This document shows, in pieces, positions 24,723-39,608 of a DNA stretch of 64,000 bases (within the stretch, counting starts at the first letter, position 1; the number at the start of each line of letters is the position of its first letter). The DNA comes from Eledone cirrhosa (lineage: Eukaryota): contig OZ024742.1 in assembly GCA_964016885.1 (NCBI GenBank), positions 98,270,001 to 98,334,000 of the forward strand. The letters run 5' to 3'. Under the pieces are notes generated by a model. It saw only the letters and a program-made list of their open reading frames with translations, had not been told where the DNA came from and did no database searches. The position numbers were made by a program, and so were the translations under genes.

Positions 24723-26187
24723 ATTTATTAATGCATGGACAGTTATATGACCTCCTTTTCAGCCGAGAGACATACCGATACATATTCAAACATTGATACA
24801 TATTCAAACATTGTGGGTCAACATTCATTACATAATTTAGAGTGGCAGTACACACTTCGAGATTACATTTATATTAAGAGGTACAATCAAAAATCAAAAA
24901 TACAGGTTAAAGTACAACATGACGATAAGCGGTTATATAGTGCAAATGTTATATGTGTGGCACGCATGTGCGTCTTCTTTATATAGTGTGGCAGAGAGAT
25001 ATGTGTGGTAGAGGCACTTAGGTAGGTAAACAAGAGTGTTAGGTTGGTAGATCTGGTGGCAAATTCTTTATATGATTGATATAGTCTGTGTGTGGAGAAA
25101 TGTTATAAGCATTAAAAATAGTGCAAGCATTAAAAGTGTTAAAAGTATTGGAGATGCACAGCGAAGGGATGTCAAGTATTTCATGTACTTCGGCATTTTC
25201 ATGGTCAGGGGAGTGTATTTTTCGATTATATGCCCCTCACATAATCCACGACAATCCGATATTGAGCGTTTGACAATCCAGTTAGAGATCGTAGTCTGGT
25301 GTTCTTTAGTTCAATACAGGAGGCTGTTACGTTTCGAGAAACGCCATTGAATACCACCCGGAAGTGTGTGTGTGGCTAAGGGGAGTTAATGCATGCGGGG
25401 AGGTAACTCCAGGGTTTCTATACCTAGCTATTAAAATGTGTCACAATATAGACCCTAATTTCTATGGTGATGCGCATCCTCCAAGAAAATTTTTAAAGCA
25501 TAAAGTGTATTTACTATAGAGTAGTTTAATTAAGTTATGCTGAAGGTGATCATATTATTATGGTGGATTAACCCATCGTAAAGTGCCACAAATGGAAATT
25601 ATAGATGATGAGCGAGGATTCTAAATTAATGATCTCTGTGGTTGTAGTCTACTCATAGGACCAGGCGCGGTGATTGCAGGATTGCTTCAGGACCCAATGA
25701 TCTCTGGTAAGTTCTGGGTCATCGCTTGCTACATTGGATGTCGAAAGATAATCATCCCCAGGCCGGCCAGAGGTCAATCCGCAGTCCTCGCGACCCCTCT
25801 CTGACCGTCAGATCATCCATATATGTACAACCTGCACGGCAGTTGCAATGCATTCACTCACTGCGCTCAGCAGCCTGGTCCTACTGCTCAACAGCGTTAC
25901 TAGATTAAATCATTTTTCATCTGTCTAAGGAAGGTGTTTCCTCTGCACAACACTATCCAACCGATCAATTCATGCTCAAATTACCCTTAGAGGGGTGTAG
26001 TGCCGTTCAAGTGGGTGGATGTTGTCACACCTGACGTAGAGGTATAAATGGGTACTCTCCCTGCGAAGGGTTCCAGAGGGATGTCGTTGTTTGTGTTATA
26101 ATAGATCAGTTAGTGTTGGGTATGTAGTATAAGGTGTGTCTCTGGTGTTTGATGCTAGATGTGGTGTTAGGTTCCAGTCCGACATTG

Positions 26188-26975
26188 CTATATATTGGGC
26201 TTAAAGATTTGGAAGGAATGTCTGAAGCGGTGCTGGCAAGTTGCAAACACCTCAGATTTTTTGTTAAGTAGGTTACGGTTGGAGAAGATAATATTGTGTG
26301 TCTCTAGTATACAGAGGTTACAAAATTGATTAGGTGGTTTGTACGAGGTCGCGCTGCCTATCACTTCCCATTTGAGTGTGTATGGTTTATTTTTAGTTTT
26401 TAGATAGTGTATGTAGCTAGAAAGTGAGGTGGAGTTTGCTAGGCTGTGCTTTTTGAACGAGTGGATGTGCGAATTATATCTGATTTTGAAGCAGTTAGAA
26501 GTGGAGCCTACATAGGTTTCTGAAGAGTTGTTAGTCGTGACGGTGCATGAGTATATGATATCCTTGGTTAGGCATTTTTTATCTAAAGGGCAGGTTCTAT
26601 TAGCTCTACAGTTACAATTATCCTGTGCGTTAGTCCGCTGGTTATAATGCAGTGCGGAAGTCTGTGTGGTAGCTATAGGATTTTGGGCGTTCGGGTTGAC
26701 AACCCTGGTGTTATTACTTATACTAGTGTTATTTCTATTGTTACTGCCGTTGCTATGGTTGCTTGCTACAGTGGTATTTAGAGGGTTTGCATCCCGTTGT
26801 GATTTTGTTTGTTGGAAGTAAGAACTAATTTTACTATTATTGCTGCTAGCTATGTGGTATGCTAAGTTAGGCGTCGTAGAGTATGAGATTTTAATGGTGT
26901 TTTTGTTTAAGAGGTTGTGGTACTTGTGTCCTAGAGGGAAGTTTTTATCTAGTAGTGAGAAGAACATATATGGAT
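26188..26975 (-). pseudogene. PLE C-terminal GIY-YIG endonuclease (open frame but 5'-truncated, RT missing)
   Basis: CNCRANRTCPL (CxCX5C), DIIYSC...TYVGST, R..H, LKWEVI, CNLCILE, LLNKKSE, CQH. Confidence 0.88.
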
Positions 26976-28085
26976 ATTGTACATATATGGATGATCTGAC
27001 GGTCAGAGAGGGGTCGCGAGGACTGCGGATTGACCTCTGGCCGGCCTGGGGATGATTATCTTTCGACATCCAATGTAGCAAGCGATGACCCAGAACTTAC
27101 CAGAGATCATTGGGTCCTGAAGCAATCCTGCAATCACCGCGCCTGGTCCTATGAGTAGACTACAACCACAGAGATCATTAATTTAGAATCCTCGCTCATC
27201 ATCTATAATTTCCATTTGTGGCAACTTACGATGGGTTAATCCACCATAATAATATGATCACCTTCAGCATAACTTAATTAAACTACTCTATAGTAAATAC
27301 ACTTTATGCTTTAAAAATTTTCTTGGAGGATGCGCATCACCATAGAAATTAGGGTCTATATTGTGACACATTTTAATAGCTAGGTATAGAAACCCCGGAG
27401 TTACCTCCCCGCATGCATTAACTCCCCTTAGCCACACACACACTTCCGGGTGGTATTCAATTGAGTTTCTCGAAACGTAACAGCCTCCTGTATTGAACTA
27501 AAGAACACCAGACTACGATCTCTAACTGGATTGTCAAACGCTCAATATCGGATTGTCGTGGATTATGTGAGGGGGCATATAATCGAAAAATACACTCCCC
27601 TGACCATGAAAATGCCGAAGTACATGAAATACTTGACATCCCTTCGCTGTGCATCTCCAATACTTTTAACACTTTTAATGCTTGCACTATTTTTAATGCT
27701 TATAACATTTCTCCACACACAGACTATATCAATCATATAAAGAATTTGCCACCAGATCTACCAACCTAACACGCTTGTTTACCTACCTAAGTGCCTCTAC
27801 CACACATATCTCTCTGCCACACTATATAAACAAGACGCACATGCGTACCACACATATAACATTTGCACTATATAACCGTTTATCTTCATGTTGTACTTTA
27901 ACCTGTATTTTTGATTTTTGATTGTACCTCTTAATATAAATGTAATCTCGAAGTGTGTACTGCCACTCTAAATTATGTAATGAATGTTGACCCACAATGT
28001 TTGAATATGTATCAATGTTTGAATATGTATCGGTATGTCTCTCGGCTGAAAAGGAGGTCATATAACTGTCCATGCATTAATAAAT

Positions 28086-28132
28086 TGCTCCGAAGAATCC
28101 AAACCTCGGTTTGGAGGAAACAGCTGTAAGCA
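28086..28132 (+). ncRNA. Type I hammerhead ribozyme motif with CCGAAGA core variant (right pLTR arm)
   Basis: tgct-CCGAAGA-a-tccaaacc-tc-ggtttgga-g-GAAAC-AGCT-GTA-agca: stem I tgct/agca, hairpin stem II, palindromic stem III. Confidence 0.7.
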
Positions 28133-28192
28133 CAATAATGTTTTGAACAGTTCTTTGGTTCTTATATTTCATATATATATATATATATATAT

Positions 28193-28738
28193 AAGAAGCC
28201 TCCAAGAGAGCTGGTCAGCAGAAGGTATTCAGAGAAACCCCCCTCAAGCGAGATTGTCGGCCCTTAACTTCTTATACTCTAAGGAGGCCAGGCCGCATCC
28301 AGGTCATGAATCATGGGTGTCCTTCTGCTGAAATTTAGCCTTCTAAAATTGGACACTCGCTGTGTATTTAAACCGTATGGAGATTTTGTGGACAGAATAT
28401 ACATGGAATCCCTCTCCATTGACTCGGCATTCAAATTTATATTTAAACACTTTCTGGAATAGGGAGTCATGATAGATATCAGGTGTCAACAGAATCTCCG
28501 GCGCTGTCGCCAACACTACAAACCACGACTGACTCAGAGCTGCTTCCCTTAGTGTGCGTTAAAATACAAACACAATGTATCTAACTTGATATGGAGGTCG
28601 ATTTTGTTCCTCCTCGACCAGTTCCAGCTGGAACTCCTCTCCGCTGTCTCTGATATTGCATTTCGGTCTTTGAATCTCGTTTTTCCAGAGATTGAAAGTT
28701 GTTTCATGAGATTTAAATGAAGATTTGACCAGAAGGCT
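28193..28738 (-). mobile_element. Possible decayed PLE endonuclease fragment
   Basis: Minus-strand ...SMYILSTKSPYGLN resembles the L.T..P.GLN end of PLE GIY-YIG domains. Bounded by TA runs. Only a single motif supports this. Confidence 0.3.
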
Positions 28739-28758
28739 ATGTATGTATATATATATGT

Positions 28759-28925
<167 letters not shown>

Positions 28926-29884
28926 TACATGATATGAAATTAGTCAATTCTTTTCCGATATAATATCCATCACCATCACAAAATGAAAATACTAATAATA
29001 GTAACAATTTGGGTAAACATTCTACTTCAATCTATAAATATATGTTTTATATATTGAATGAGTTCGCTTTGTTTTATTTAATTTTACATTATTCTATAAT
29101 CTATTTGTTTGTTTTTCAATTTCATTATATTATCTATCAATGACGAACAGAGATAAACTACGTATAACGGGATGTGCTTAAAACGATACGAGAGAGAAAC
29201 TCTATTACTAACTGTTTGTAAGATTGCTAATATCGTGCAAGAAAGCTGACAATGGAATTAATGAAACAGTAGAGGGGTTTTGTATGTTTTGCTTGTTTTT
29301 CTTTGTTCATAAACTAAGGGCAGTTATTTGTGCAGTCTGTTGGAGGAGTTACGTTAAAGCATTGCATGTTCAGAAGAGATTTTTGTGTGAATGATTAAAG
29401 AGTTTGATGCAAGGATATTAATAAGAAAGAAAAACAATGAAAGAGGGGGGAGAAAAAGCTATCGAAATTTGGTAGCATGCTGAGGATTGTTCCGTATTCA
29501 AATCTATGCTTTTCTCGGAAAATTCAATTTAAAACGGAATTCAGTGAAGGCACCACGATATTACGTTCTCCTGTTAGTTAAATGAAGTGAGTGTGGGAAA
29601 TATAATGGAAAGTATGGAATGTCATCGACGCCTAAATGTTCTTGGCTCTGACTTTAGTTGAAATGTAATTGTGAGCCTATTTCCCAAGGAAACCTTTTTA
29701 TGTATGCGTGATATTATATGCATGCACGCGTGCACGCATGTGTGGCTGTCTCTGTGTGTGTGGAGTTTATCTTTTTATGTGACGAGGATGCGAAATTGGT
29801 AGAAACATATTTCTATGCGTGTATGTGTAATCGTATATGTGTGCATATATGTATGTAATTCCTTTTTCGTTGTTGTTTGTATTA

Positions 29885-30215
<331 letters not shown>

Positions 30216-30684
30216 ATACAGGTTTTACTGCATATGGTATCATACCAATTCCATCGACACACAATTCACTTTCCCATAGATCTTTTCTTATCTTTTATAC
30301 AGAAACATCATCAGCGTATAAACCACCAACACCACCCGCTAGTCATGCGCATCTATGAACGGTAATACAGGAAAGCATCTCGAAGGCTTCATTATACATC
30401 CTAATCTCATTGTAGAGAATCAAAACATTCAAGTCTCTACTACATTGTTCATTGAAAATATAAAGCAACTATAGTACATGCTCAATATTCCATTAGAATC
30501 CGCAGCTGAAATCGTCACAAACGTTACAAATCTTTACTCTTACAATGCCTAATTACATTTTACTGTGGACACCACATAATTTACAAGATCGCGTTGTAAG
30601 AGCTGAGTTTACATTTCAATCTCTAGCCCCACAATGAAATCAAAAGGCACAGAGATGCCTTCACTCGATAACATTTTGCCATAG

Positions 30685-30719
<35 letters not shown>

Positions 30720-30757
30720 GTAAGAATATTTTCGAAACAGCGAGTGGATTTGAAATT

Positions 30758-31200
<443 letters not shown>

Positions 31201-31254
31201 AATATATACATATATATATACATATACATGTATTAAACAATACAGTTTCTACAG

Positions 31255-31430
31255 TTGTAGAAGTACCATGACTGAAACCTGAAGAAGTTTGCTTTGTAAT
31301 CTTAAGGTCCCAGATTCGATCCAACTGCGTGTCATCTTGGGTAAGTATACTATTTTATAGCCGAAGAACGACCAAGGGCCTTTGAATGAACATGGAAGAA
31401 AGAAAATTGTTAACAACACCGCTCAAATGT
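31255..31430 (+). mobile_element. Degenerate tRNA/CORE-type SINE
   Basis: B-box-like GATTCGATCC followed by catcttgggtaagt...tatagccg..gaccaagggcctttgaatg. Confidence 0.4.
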
Positions 31431-31829
31431 TTGTATTTGTAAATCAATTGTTCAGCCACGTTACGCACTTTCAATCTGAATTTCTTTCAGAATTAGTTCA
31501 AGGATGCGCGTGTCTGTGGACGTTTCACACACGTGCCTGGTAATTTTACGAATTAAATATTATGTTAATCGAAACCGACAGTGTTCAATTTCAGAATAGT
31601 TATACGATATTCATACGATTCAAAATCAAACACGAAATCTATCAAAACACAAAAAAGCACAAAAGCAAATCACACCAGCTTTTATTCTATTTCAATACAC
31701 ATGCAAGAACAATAGAACGGTTCGCAATAAACCAGGCAGTCGAAAGGGGTGATACGCTCTTGGAAATAAAGCCAACACACGGAGAACACTGGTCTGTGAT
31801 CAGCTTGGAAATGCTTCTCCATATATAAC

Positions 31830-33600
31830 CGGAAAAATAGAAAACGATATAGGAATTTATTTGCTTTCCAGGATAGATGGACCTGCATGTTGACATTGAG
31901 AGCAAAACGCCATCTATGTGGTGGTACGACCACATGATAGAGTTTTGTCCTGGACGGAAAACAGAGAAGGGAGGAGTTCCATTGCTGCCAACAACAGGGA
32001 ACCAAGAACAACTACAACTGCATCATTAGCAAACAGAAACATCAGCGGTATCAACATCAGTAGCAGTAGATACATAAACAGCAGCACCAACATCAGCAAA
32101 CACAACAGCACTAGCAAATCTCAAAATATCATCAAAAACGACAAAACAAACACTTACACCACTAACAGCAACTGCAAGAAAATTAACAAACCCCCAGGAG
32201 AACTTCCAACTTAGCTCTTAAACAAACACGCTCATTCACATACTCACATCACAATACCCATCAATTTGCTCGGAACACCACAAGACCCAAAACATAAAAT
32301 TGAAGGAAAAAAACCAAGAACACCCTACATCATTTCAAGACACACACACTAAAAACAAAATACTCACCGGCAGCAGCACCGCAAATTATCGAAACTACGC
32401 ACAACCAGAACAACGAACACCACAACATCTACACCGAACTGCATTTGGGCCAGACCTGCTAGTGGATAAGATCTAGCGCGAGGTAATGAGCAGGTTTGCA
32501 GCTTTCACCCGGAAATGGCCCGGGAGGAAGCTATCTCTGAAATGTCGGGTAGAGGAGGTGGCAAACGTGTACATAGCGTCAATCAGCTATTCCCATCTGA
32601 CCCTCTTTCATTTCTCCCGTTCATGCATGACCAAATTGCAGCGCCTTCTCTTCAACTTCTAGTGGAGGGTACAGGCACCATTGGACAAGCTGCCAGGACC
32701 CTCTACGCAGAGAGTTGGCCATTGCGTGGCTGGTGTCCACAAACATGCGCTGAGGATGCGGCACCTCCAGATATTCCTAAACGGTGAACATTTGTAGTCG
32801 CCGTTTATCAGATAAGTATTTTCACTGCTCGTCTTTGATTTCGCTGCAACCGTAGTTCTAGCCTAGACCGACAACGGATGCTTGGTACCTGGAATATAAT
32901 CAAATGCTGACAGCTTTCTCTCAGTCGGGTAATGCAGTTAGCAAAAATTCAGCTGTAGAGTTCTAGTGGTTGGCAAGATTGACGATGATCTCGGCAAGGC
33001 TCTTGGTGTCAACAAAATCGGACTGAGCAGAACTTACGAGCCGGTGACTGTGGGCAAATTTCAGAGAACCCCGGCTTGTCAATGCTAGTGGCAGACACTG
33101 CAGGTCTCAGATAAACTCTAGAGGCACTAAACTACTTTGAGACTCAGCTGTCTGTAATGCATGTAGAGTGACGAAATTGTTCTGCATGCAATCGTTCAGT
33201 GTCCGTGTATTATTGACGTATGCAGTATTCTTGAACAGCTATTACCACGTGTTGGGCGGGGTCAGCTATCAATCGATTCCATCATGAAGATGGTCCCACC
33301 ACCTTCATTCCGCTGGAAGGAGCTGGCCGTTTACCTCTGCATGGGGGCTGTAGCGAAATAGGTTGTATGGTAGACGCGCCTGAAAGAACTCAAAACTGAC
33401 ACGTTCCTCTTCAGCCAAACACTCATCAACGTTTTCAAGTTTCACTTGGTAATGAAGTTGAGTGTGGAGAGCGAAGTGCTGCTCCAAATACATTTGTTAA
33501 AATGTGGAGGATGGCCCGTGGGAACGACTCTACTCCGAACATGCGACTATAGACTGGCTGGTCGCAAAGGGAGGATGTTGCCCTCCATAAAATAAAGTAC
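31830..33600 (+). mobile_element. Old, heavily deleted Tx1 copy (ORF1 remnant + ORF2 3' third)
   Basis: aaacatgcgctgaggatgcggcacctc, gataaactcta.aggca, gtgacgaaattgttctgcatgca, ttttcaagtttcacttg match copies B/C at 16075-16900 and 23260-24100. Confidence 0.75.
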
Positions 33601-34543
33601 AGGGCGTTATATAATCAATTTTCTTTCGAAAATTGTTAACATTGTGCCTGTAATTCGTTTTATCACACAGTATTTCTATTTCTCCTGTCGGTTTTAAATT
33701 ATTATGTATAAATACATCTCCCACAGCTTTAGCTATGAAGCACGTTTCTTCCAGTCCTTGATGTGTCAAACAAATATGCTTTTTATATAGTCAGGAAATT
33801 CAGTAGGGTATCCAACATCTTCGCCCAATCATTTAAATCACTTACCCTAGTCATTAATTTCTTACAACCTAAATGGCAATAACTAAAACTCAATCAAGAT
33901 TTCCCGAATTTTGTAATTTAGGTCTTTGAGGTTTTCTTTTTATTTTAGCTTTTGCCTCTTTCGTCTAAGACACTAGAAAAATCGATCCACCAGGTGATGA
34001 AGGTATTTATGTTCGTGTTCAGAAATACAATTCTATACAATTGTGAGTCATCTGATACAGACAAGGATAAATTGAAACCATAATTTTCGTGTAGGTAGGG
34101 AATGCTCTGTGATATATTAATATGAGGTGAATTTATTGATGAAGCAGTCATAGATAGATCAGCTAGGCTTTAAACATGGTGGATATTGATACATATGAGA
34201 AATAAGTAACGCTTGGTTTAGGATAAGGCAGGTCGATAAGATGTGAAAAATCGGATTAATCGTTAAGGATTTCCAATACTCTATACTATACAAAATTTGC
34301 ATTTCCTTTTCCTGAAGTCGATAAATAAACTACCAGTCGAATAATATACTCGATCCTTCGTGCATATTTGTTAATTTCTCTACGTATTGCCTTCCTCCGC
34401 CCCCTCTCTCCTTCTAGCTCTACAAATCGCTAGAATATTACAGCATCGTGGCATTCTATTCTCCTTTTGTGTCACTTCTCCTTTTTGACTTTTCTATTCT
34501 CTATCTCTCTCTCTCTAAATATATATATATATATATATATGGG

Positions 34544-34584
<41 letters not shown>

Positions 34585-34920
34585 CCCTCTTGTATATCTT
34601 TCAAATATATAGAGTGATTTCGTAGGATTGCTTTATAAATCATTGTAACAGACACAAAACCTTTTGACACAGAATCTCATTCAGAAAGTATTCAAATGAA
34701 ATTTGATGTAACCATACAGAAACAAACTGTATTGACAAAACCTTTCAGCGGACTCACCTTGCGCCTTTTCCTAGACGTTCACAACTGAAATATTGTTAAC
34801 GGCTTTATTAACTAAAGCACTGATTGGATTTCGTCATACAAACCTCCATTCTGAATCGTAACTACTGTCGTTAAAGCCAAACATAAAATGAAATTATAAA
34901 TAACTTAAATACTTCCAGCG

Positions 34921-34957
<37 letters not shown>

Positions 34958-36205
34958 ATGTATGTGTGTGTATTTGATTGTATGTATGTATTTATATATA
35001 TATATATATATATACACACGCATATATACATATGCAATATATACGTGTGTATGTGTATAAACTGATGCATACTGCATACTCAAACACACTTGCACACATT
35101 TACAAACGTTCATGACTGCACACATGTGCATTCATATATCTGACGGAGGAAACTGCAATTTAGAGACGAACGGCGTTCTAGTATTTCTGTAATTAGTATA
35201 GGGACAATAGACGACAATTTTACCTGCATATTGTGAAGTATATAATCCGCTGAATACAACTGCGATCTGCACTGTCAAAGGTAATCCAACAAAATGAAAT
35301 TATAATAAGATTCAAGTCAAATGAGTGTTGTGAAGGTGGTTTGGATGTTCGTCTCATAAGTTCAATTCTTTTTGGCACGTTGTGCCTTTGAGCATGGCAC
35401 ACTTCACTTTGCTCCCGTTCAAAATATAGTTGCAACTACAATTTAAAGAACCAGCGTTATCACAAACCTGGACACGTGCACCCATTACGAGTGCACATGT
35501 ATATGGAATGCTCAAATTTATACGCGAAAATGTGTAGAGGAGTTCCTGCTGTTGTTCGAACGTGGGAATATTCGGAGGTCCAGCATGAACATCAGTGAAT
35601 TAAGTGATGTGTAAAATTACATCCCATCACTGTTTTAATTATAGATTTTTTTTAAAGACGAAAGAAAGAAAAATTAAGAAAATATGCGTCCTTGCGATGT
35701 TTCCATAAGGCATGATGCGATGGATATTATTAGGAATCTCATTGTGTATATTGGAAATCGACATTTCGCTAAATGTTTTCGTATGTATATATAAAGTAGG
35801 AGAGGCAATACCACCGAACAAGTAGACGTCGTTAAGCCATGTGCCTGCATATATATATATGTGTGTGTGTGTGTGTGTACATAGATATAAATAAATTAGG
35901 TAGTAACATGTGTTTATGCCGTATTTGACTAAATTGAATTAGCAGCGTAGTTTGGATTTTAAAAAGAATATGAGTTTTGACGTACATGGGATACGAAACC
36001 ACAGATTTAGATTGTCAAGCGAATGTGTTAGCATTACACCAACATACAAACCATACTTACTCCCATTCAATTAAAATCTATACAACCAGAGCAGGTATAT
36101 AAATAGGGAGACACAAAGCAGGCATTGTTTACAAACGTAAAGCGAATTTGAAAATTAGGTAGTAAGATATGCTTATGCCGTATTTGCATTGTGTCTCCCT
36201 AAATT

Positions 36206-36300
<95 letters not shown>

Positions 36301-36324
36301 ATATATATATATATATATATATAT

Positions 36325-36369
<45 letters not shown>

Positions 36370-36376
<7 letters not shown>

Positions 36377-37332
36377 TAACAGATTAAAGTTTAAGCAAAG
36401 AATCGCTGATTCACCCTTAACGGGATCTTCTGATGCTAAAAAAGTCAAGCTGTGAACGCAGAAGTAAATATTTCAAAAGACGTTGCAACCGAAGGGAGAC
36501 AGGAAGACGATAGTTTGGTTTGTGGAAACGTTTCCTGGCAAAGAACGAAAAGAAACGAATATAATACGTCATTATTTGGAACGGTGAAAACAATTACACG
36601 CCAAGACAAAACCACGTTTATGGTATAAATGAAGTCGTAGACTAATATTTTATTATATATATTATTTTAATATATATTTTTATGTGTATTTGGTGTATAC
36701 GCTCGTATGTGTGCGGGTACTGGTGTTGCGTGGGTTCTGTATGTGCGTGCGTGTTTTTTTTGTGCACGTGCTTGTATTTGCATACCTATTGCGAGTGTTT
36801 TCACGTATGCTTGTGTATGTACCTTTATGGATGCGTGTATATATATATATTTAATTTCAATTACCTCTGTATTTTATTTACTTTATTCTTAACTCTTTAG
36901 CCGAGAGTCGTTCGGTTTCCTAAATAGAATTTTAGTCTACGACTTCTGTTCTACCAATTACATGGTTTTGTCTTTGCTTGTAATTGTTCTCACCGTTCCA
37001 CATAATGACGTATTATTTCCGTTCATTGCCAGAGAACGTCTCCATGAACCACCTAATATAATATTAGTCTACGACTTCATTTATACCATAAACGTGGCTT
37101 TGTCTTTGCGTGTAATTGTTTTTCACCGCTCAAAATAATGACGTATTATCTTCGTTTTTCCCTCTCTTTGCCAGGGAACGTTTCCACGATCCAAAGTAAC
37201 GTCTTCCTGTATTCCTTCGGTAACAACGTTTTTTGAAATATTTACTTCTGCGTTCACAGATTGGCTTTTTTAGATCCCGTTAAGGGTGAAAGCAGCGATT
37301 CTTTGCTTGAACTTTAATCTGTTATTTTAATA
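36370..37332. repeat. Foldback element: ~285-bp imperfect inverted arms with an internal partial third copy
   Basis: 36370-36655 is inverted at ~37050-37332; 36930-37050 is a diverged tandem partial copy. Starts directly at (TA)n. Confidence 0.85.
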
Positions 37333-37428
37333 AATATTTGCGCTACGGTTGTTATATATTTGATATATATTTATCCTTATCGAGCCCTCTTTGGATTTTA
37401 GTTTTTACAAATTTATTTATATTACTAT

Positions 37429-37486
<58 letters not shown>

Positions 37487-37627
37487 CCACAACTCCTTCG
37501 TTATATGTATATACCACATATATATTACCACAACTCCTTCCTTCGTTATATATATATATATATATAATATATATATATATAAAAACAAATAACTTAATTA
37601 TATATATATATATAAATATATATTAAC

Positions 37628-37696
<69 letters not shown>

Positions 37697-37746
37697 CAAA
37701 TAACTTAATTATATATATATATATAAATATATATTAACTTAATTAT

Positions 37747-37795
<49 letters not shown>

Positions 37796-37831
37796 TATAT
37801 ATAAATATGTATATATATATATATATATATA

Positions 37832-37900
<69 letters not shown>

Positions 37901-37904
<4 letters not shown>

Positions 37905-38063
37905 CGTAGGAGTTGTGGTAAGGAACCAGATGGACCATAACGAACCAGAGTACTAAATACTTAGGGTAGTAGCTTGGGTAATAGGAAAATGTATGACCCC
38001 GACGGCAGAGTTCAAGCCGTTGCGACGTGTATCATGAGATCTGCCGTCGGGGTCATACATTTT

Positions 38064-38068
<5 letters not shown>
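37901..38068. mobile_element. Small (TA)n-embedded repeat with terminal inversion
   Basis: 29-bp perfect inverted repeat at 37981-38009 / 38040-38068. Second copy at 40087-40233 in the opposite orientation; end fragments ccacaactccttcgttata at 37487-37550. Confidence 0.7.
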
Positions 38069-38099
<31 letters not shown>

Positions 38100-38274
38100 C
38101 GAAACATAAGTCAATCGCATGAACTCATAATCCTTTATTTACTGCTATATATATATATCGATGATAGCCATTGAATGGCTATGACCTCATCGGGCAGTTA
38201 GTCAGTTTTTAGATATGCCAGCTCTGTGTTTATAGTGTTGATGGTATCAGAGCCTTGGGACATATATATATATA

Positions 38275-38802
38275 TTTATGAAGGACAGCAACACTAACTA
38301 CAGTATTAACTGGTCGAAGTTGTCGGCTGCTAAAACCTATAGTACAGGTATGTCCCACTGCGGGCTATGTGATCTTGAGCTAATGTATATCCTCAAAAAT
38401 GTAAAAAGGCTACTTAACAATAAATTAGAAAGATCTATCTTCTGCAGATATATAATTGCCACTAAATTCATAAGATTCAAACCTCCGTGAATCGAACCAA
38501 CACAACATAGCTTTAAATTAGGATACCTACTACCCACAGAAATAGACTCATTAAGTATACTCTAGCCTTCACAAGTCTATACCACACAAATGTCTGTAAG
38601 TACCTCATCAACCCACAAACTTATTCCTTCTCAGTTCTGCCATCATTTGATCCTAAATCCTAGTTTTTCTCAAATCACTACTACAATGTAACTTTACCTT
38701 TCTTTTGCCATAATTACAATTAGCACGCTTATCTCTTTGCATGCATGTATATTTTTGTACGAGTGTATATTGATGTGTACGTATGTGTCTATGTACACAT
38801 GC

Positions 38803-38878
<76 letters not shown>

Positions 38879-39608
38879 GTGTGTGTGTGTGTGTGTGTGT
38901 GTGTATAAATTACTTCCTTAACCTCTGTATTAACTCAACAACTATTTAGTTTTGACAGTGTTGTCCCACTCATGTATGTTATTGAAGATGAAAAGAAAGA
39001 CTGTAAACACTGGCTTATCTTTATAATTTAAAATTGATACACACTTCGATACTCTGTACATGCCAAACTTTTAACTCTGCCTCATGACAGCTAGTTTTAC
39101 ACGCCGAAATCTTAGATACACTATACGTCCCACCTAAGTAATGCCAGGGTCTCCTCAAATAATTTATTAATAGCATTGTTGTAATTGTTGTTATTGTTCT
39201 AACTGAATGCCATTACTACTTCATGTAGTAGCCTGTATATTCTTTTCTTGCCTGTGTATTCTCTTCATTCTCGCATGCTCCGAAGAACTGACTGGTTATA
39301 ATTTTGTATTGGCGATCGAGTAACGTGAAAATAAGCGAATAACGATCTCTAGACCTACCAGTTCAGAGAAACAATTGTCAGCTATGAGATTAAAAACCTT
39401 TTTTGTATAGCAAACCATGTCAACCTTCTTTCCTGATTTATTATTACTCCAAGTGTTTACAACATAGGAATTACAGCATACCCGCAGCATCACTATGAAA
39501 ACGCCTTGTTGAGTCAAACCAAGCCAAGCGTTGATATCATCCACTACCTGGAATACCATAACTGGACTATACCTAAGTGGACTGCATTTAACTATTATTT
39601 GTTATCCC

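Larger units (their letters stand above)
24471..28175 (-). mobile_element. Penelope-like element (Hydra-like), 5'-truncated, with 1.2-kb inverted pseudo-LTR
   Basis: GIY-YIG ORF 26188-26975 followed by a long 3' region; arms 24633-25830 and 26977-28175 are inverted repeats; (TA)n at both ends. Confidence 0.88.

Noticed and set aside
26976-27081. N-terminal MLHWMSKDN... of the 297-aa ORF as a real protein start
   Set aside because: It derives from the inverted non-coding arm (same peptide at 25726-25908), fused in frame by chance at the inversion junction.
24633-28175. Long-TIR DNA transposon (Mutator/Foldback/Polinton)
   Set aside because: The interior encodes a PLE-type GIY-YIG, not a transposase or integrase; the left side extends beyond the arm; hammerheads are present.
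33800-34190. Possible PLE RT-thumb relic or host exon on the minus strand (HINISQSIPY...VSDD)
   Set aside because: Similarity too weak to support without a search.
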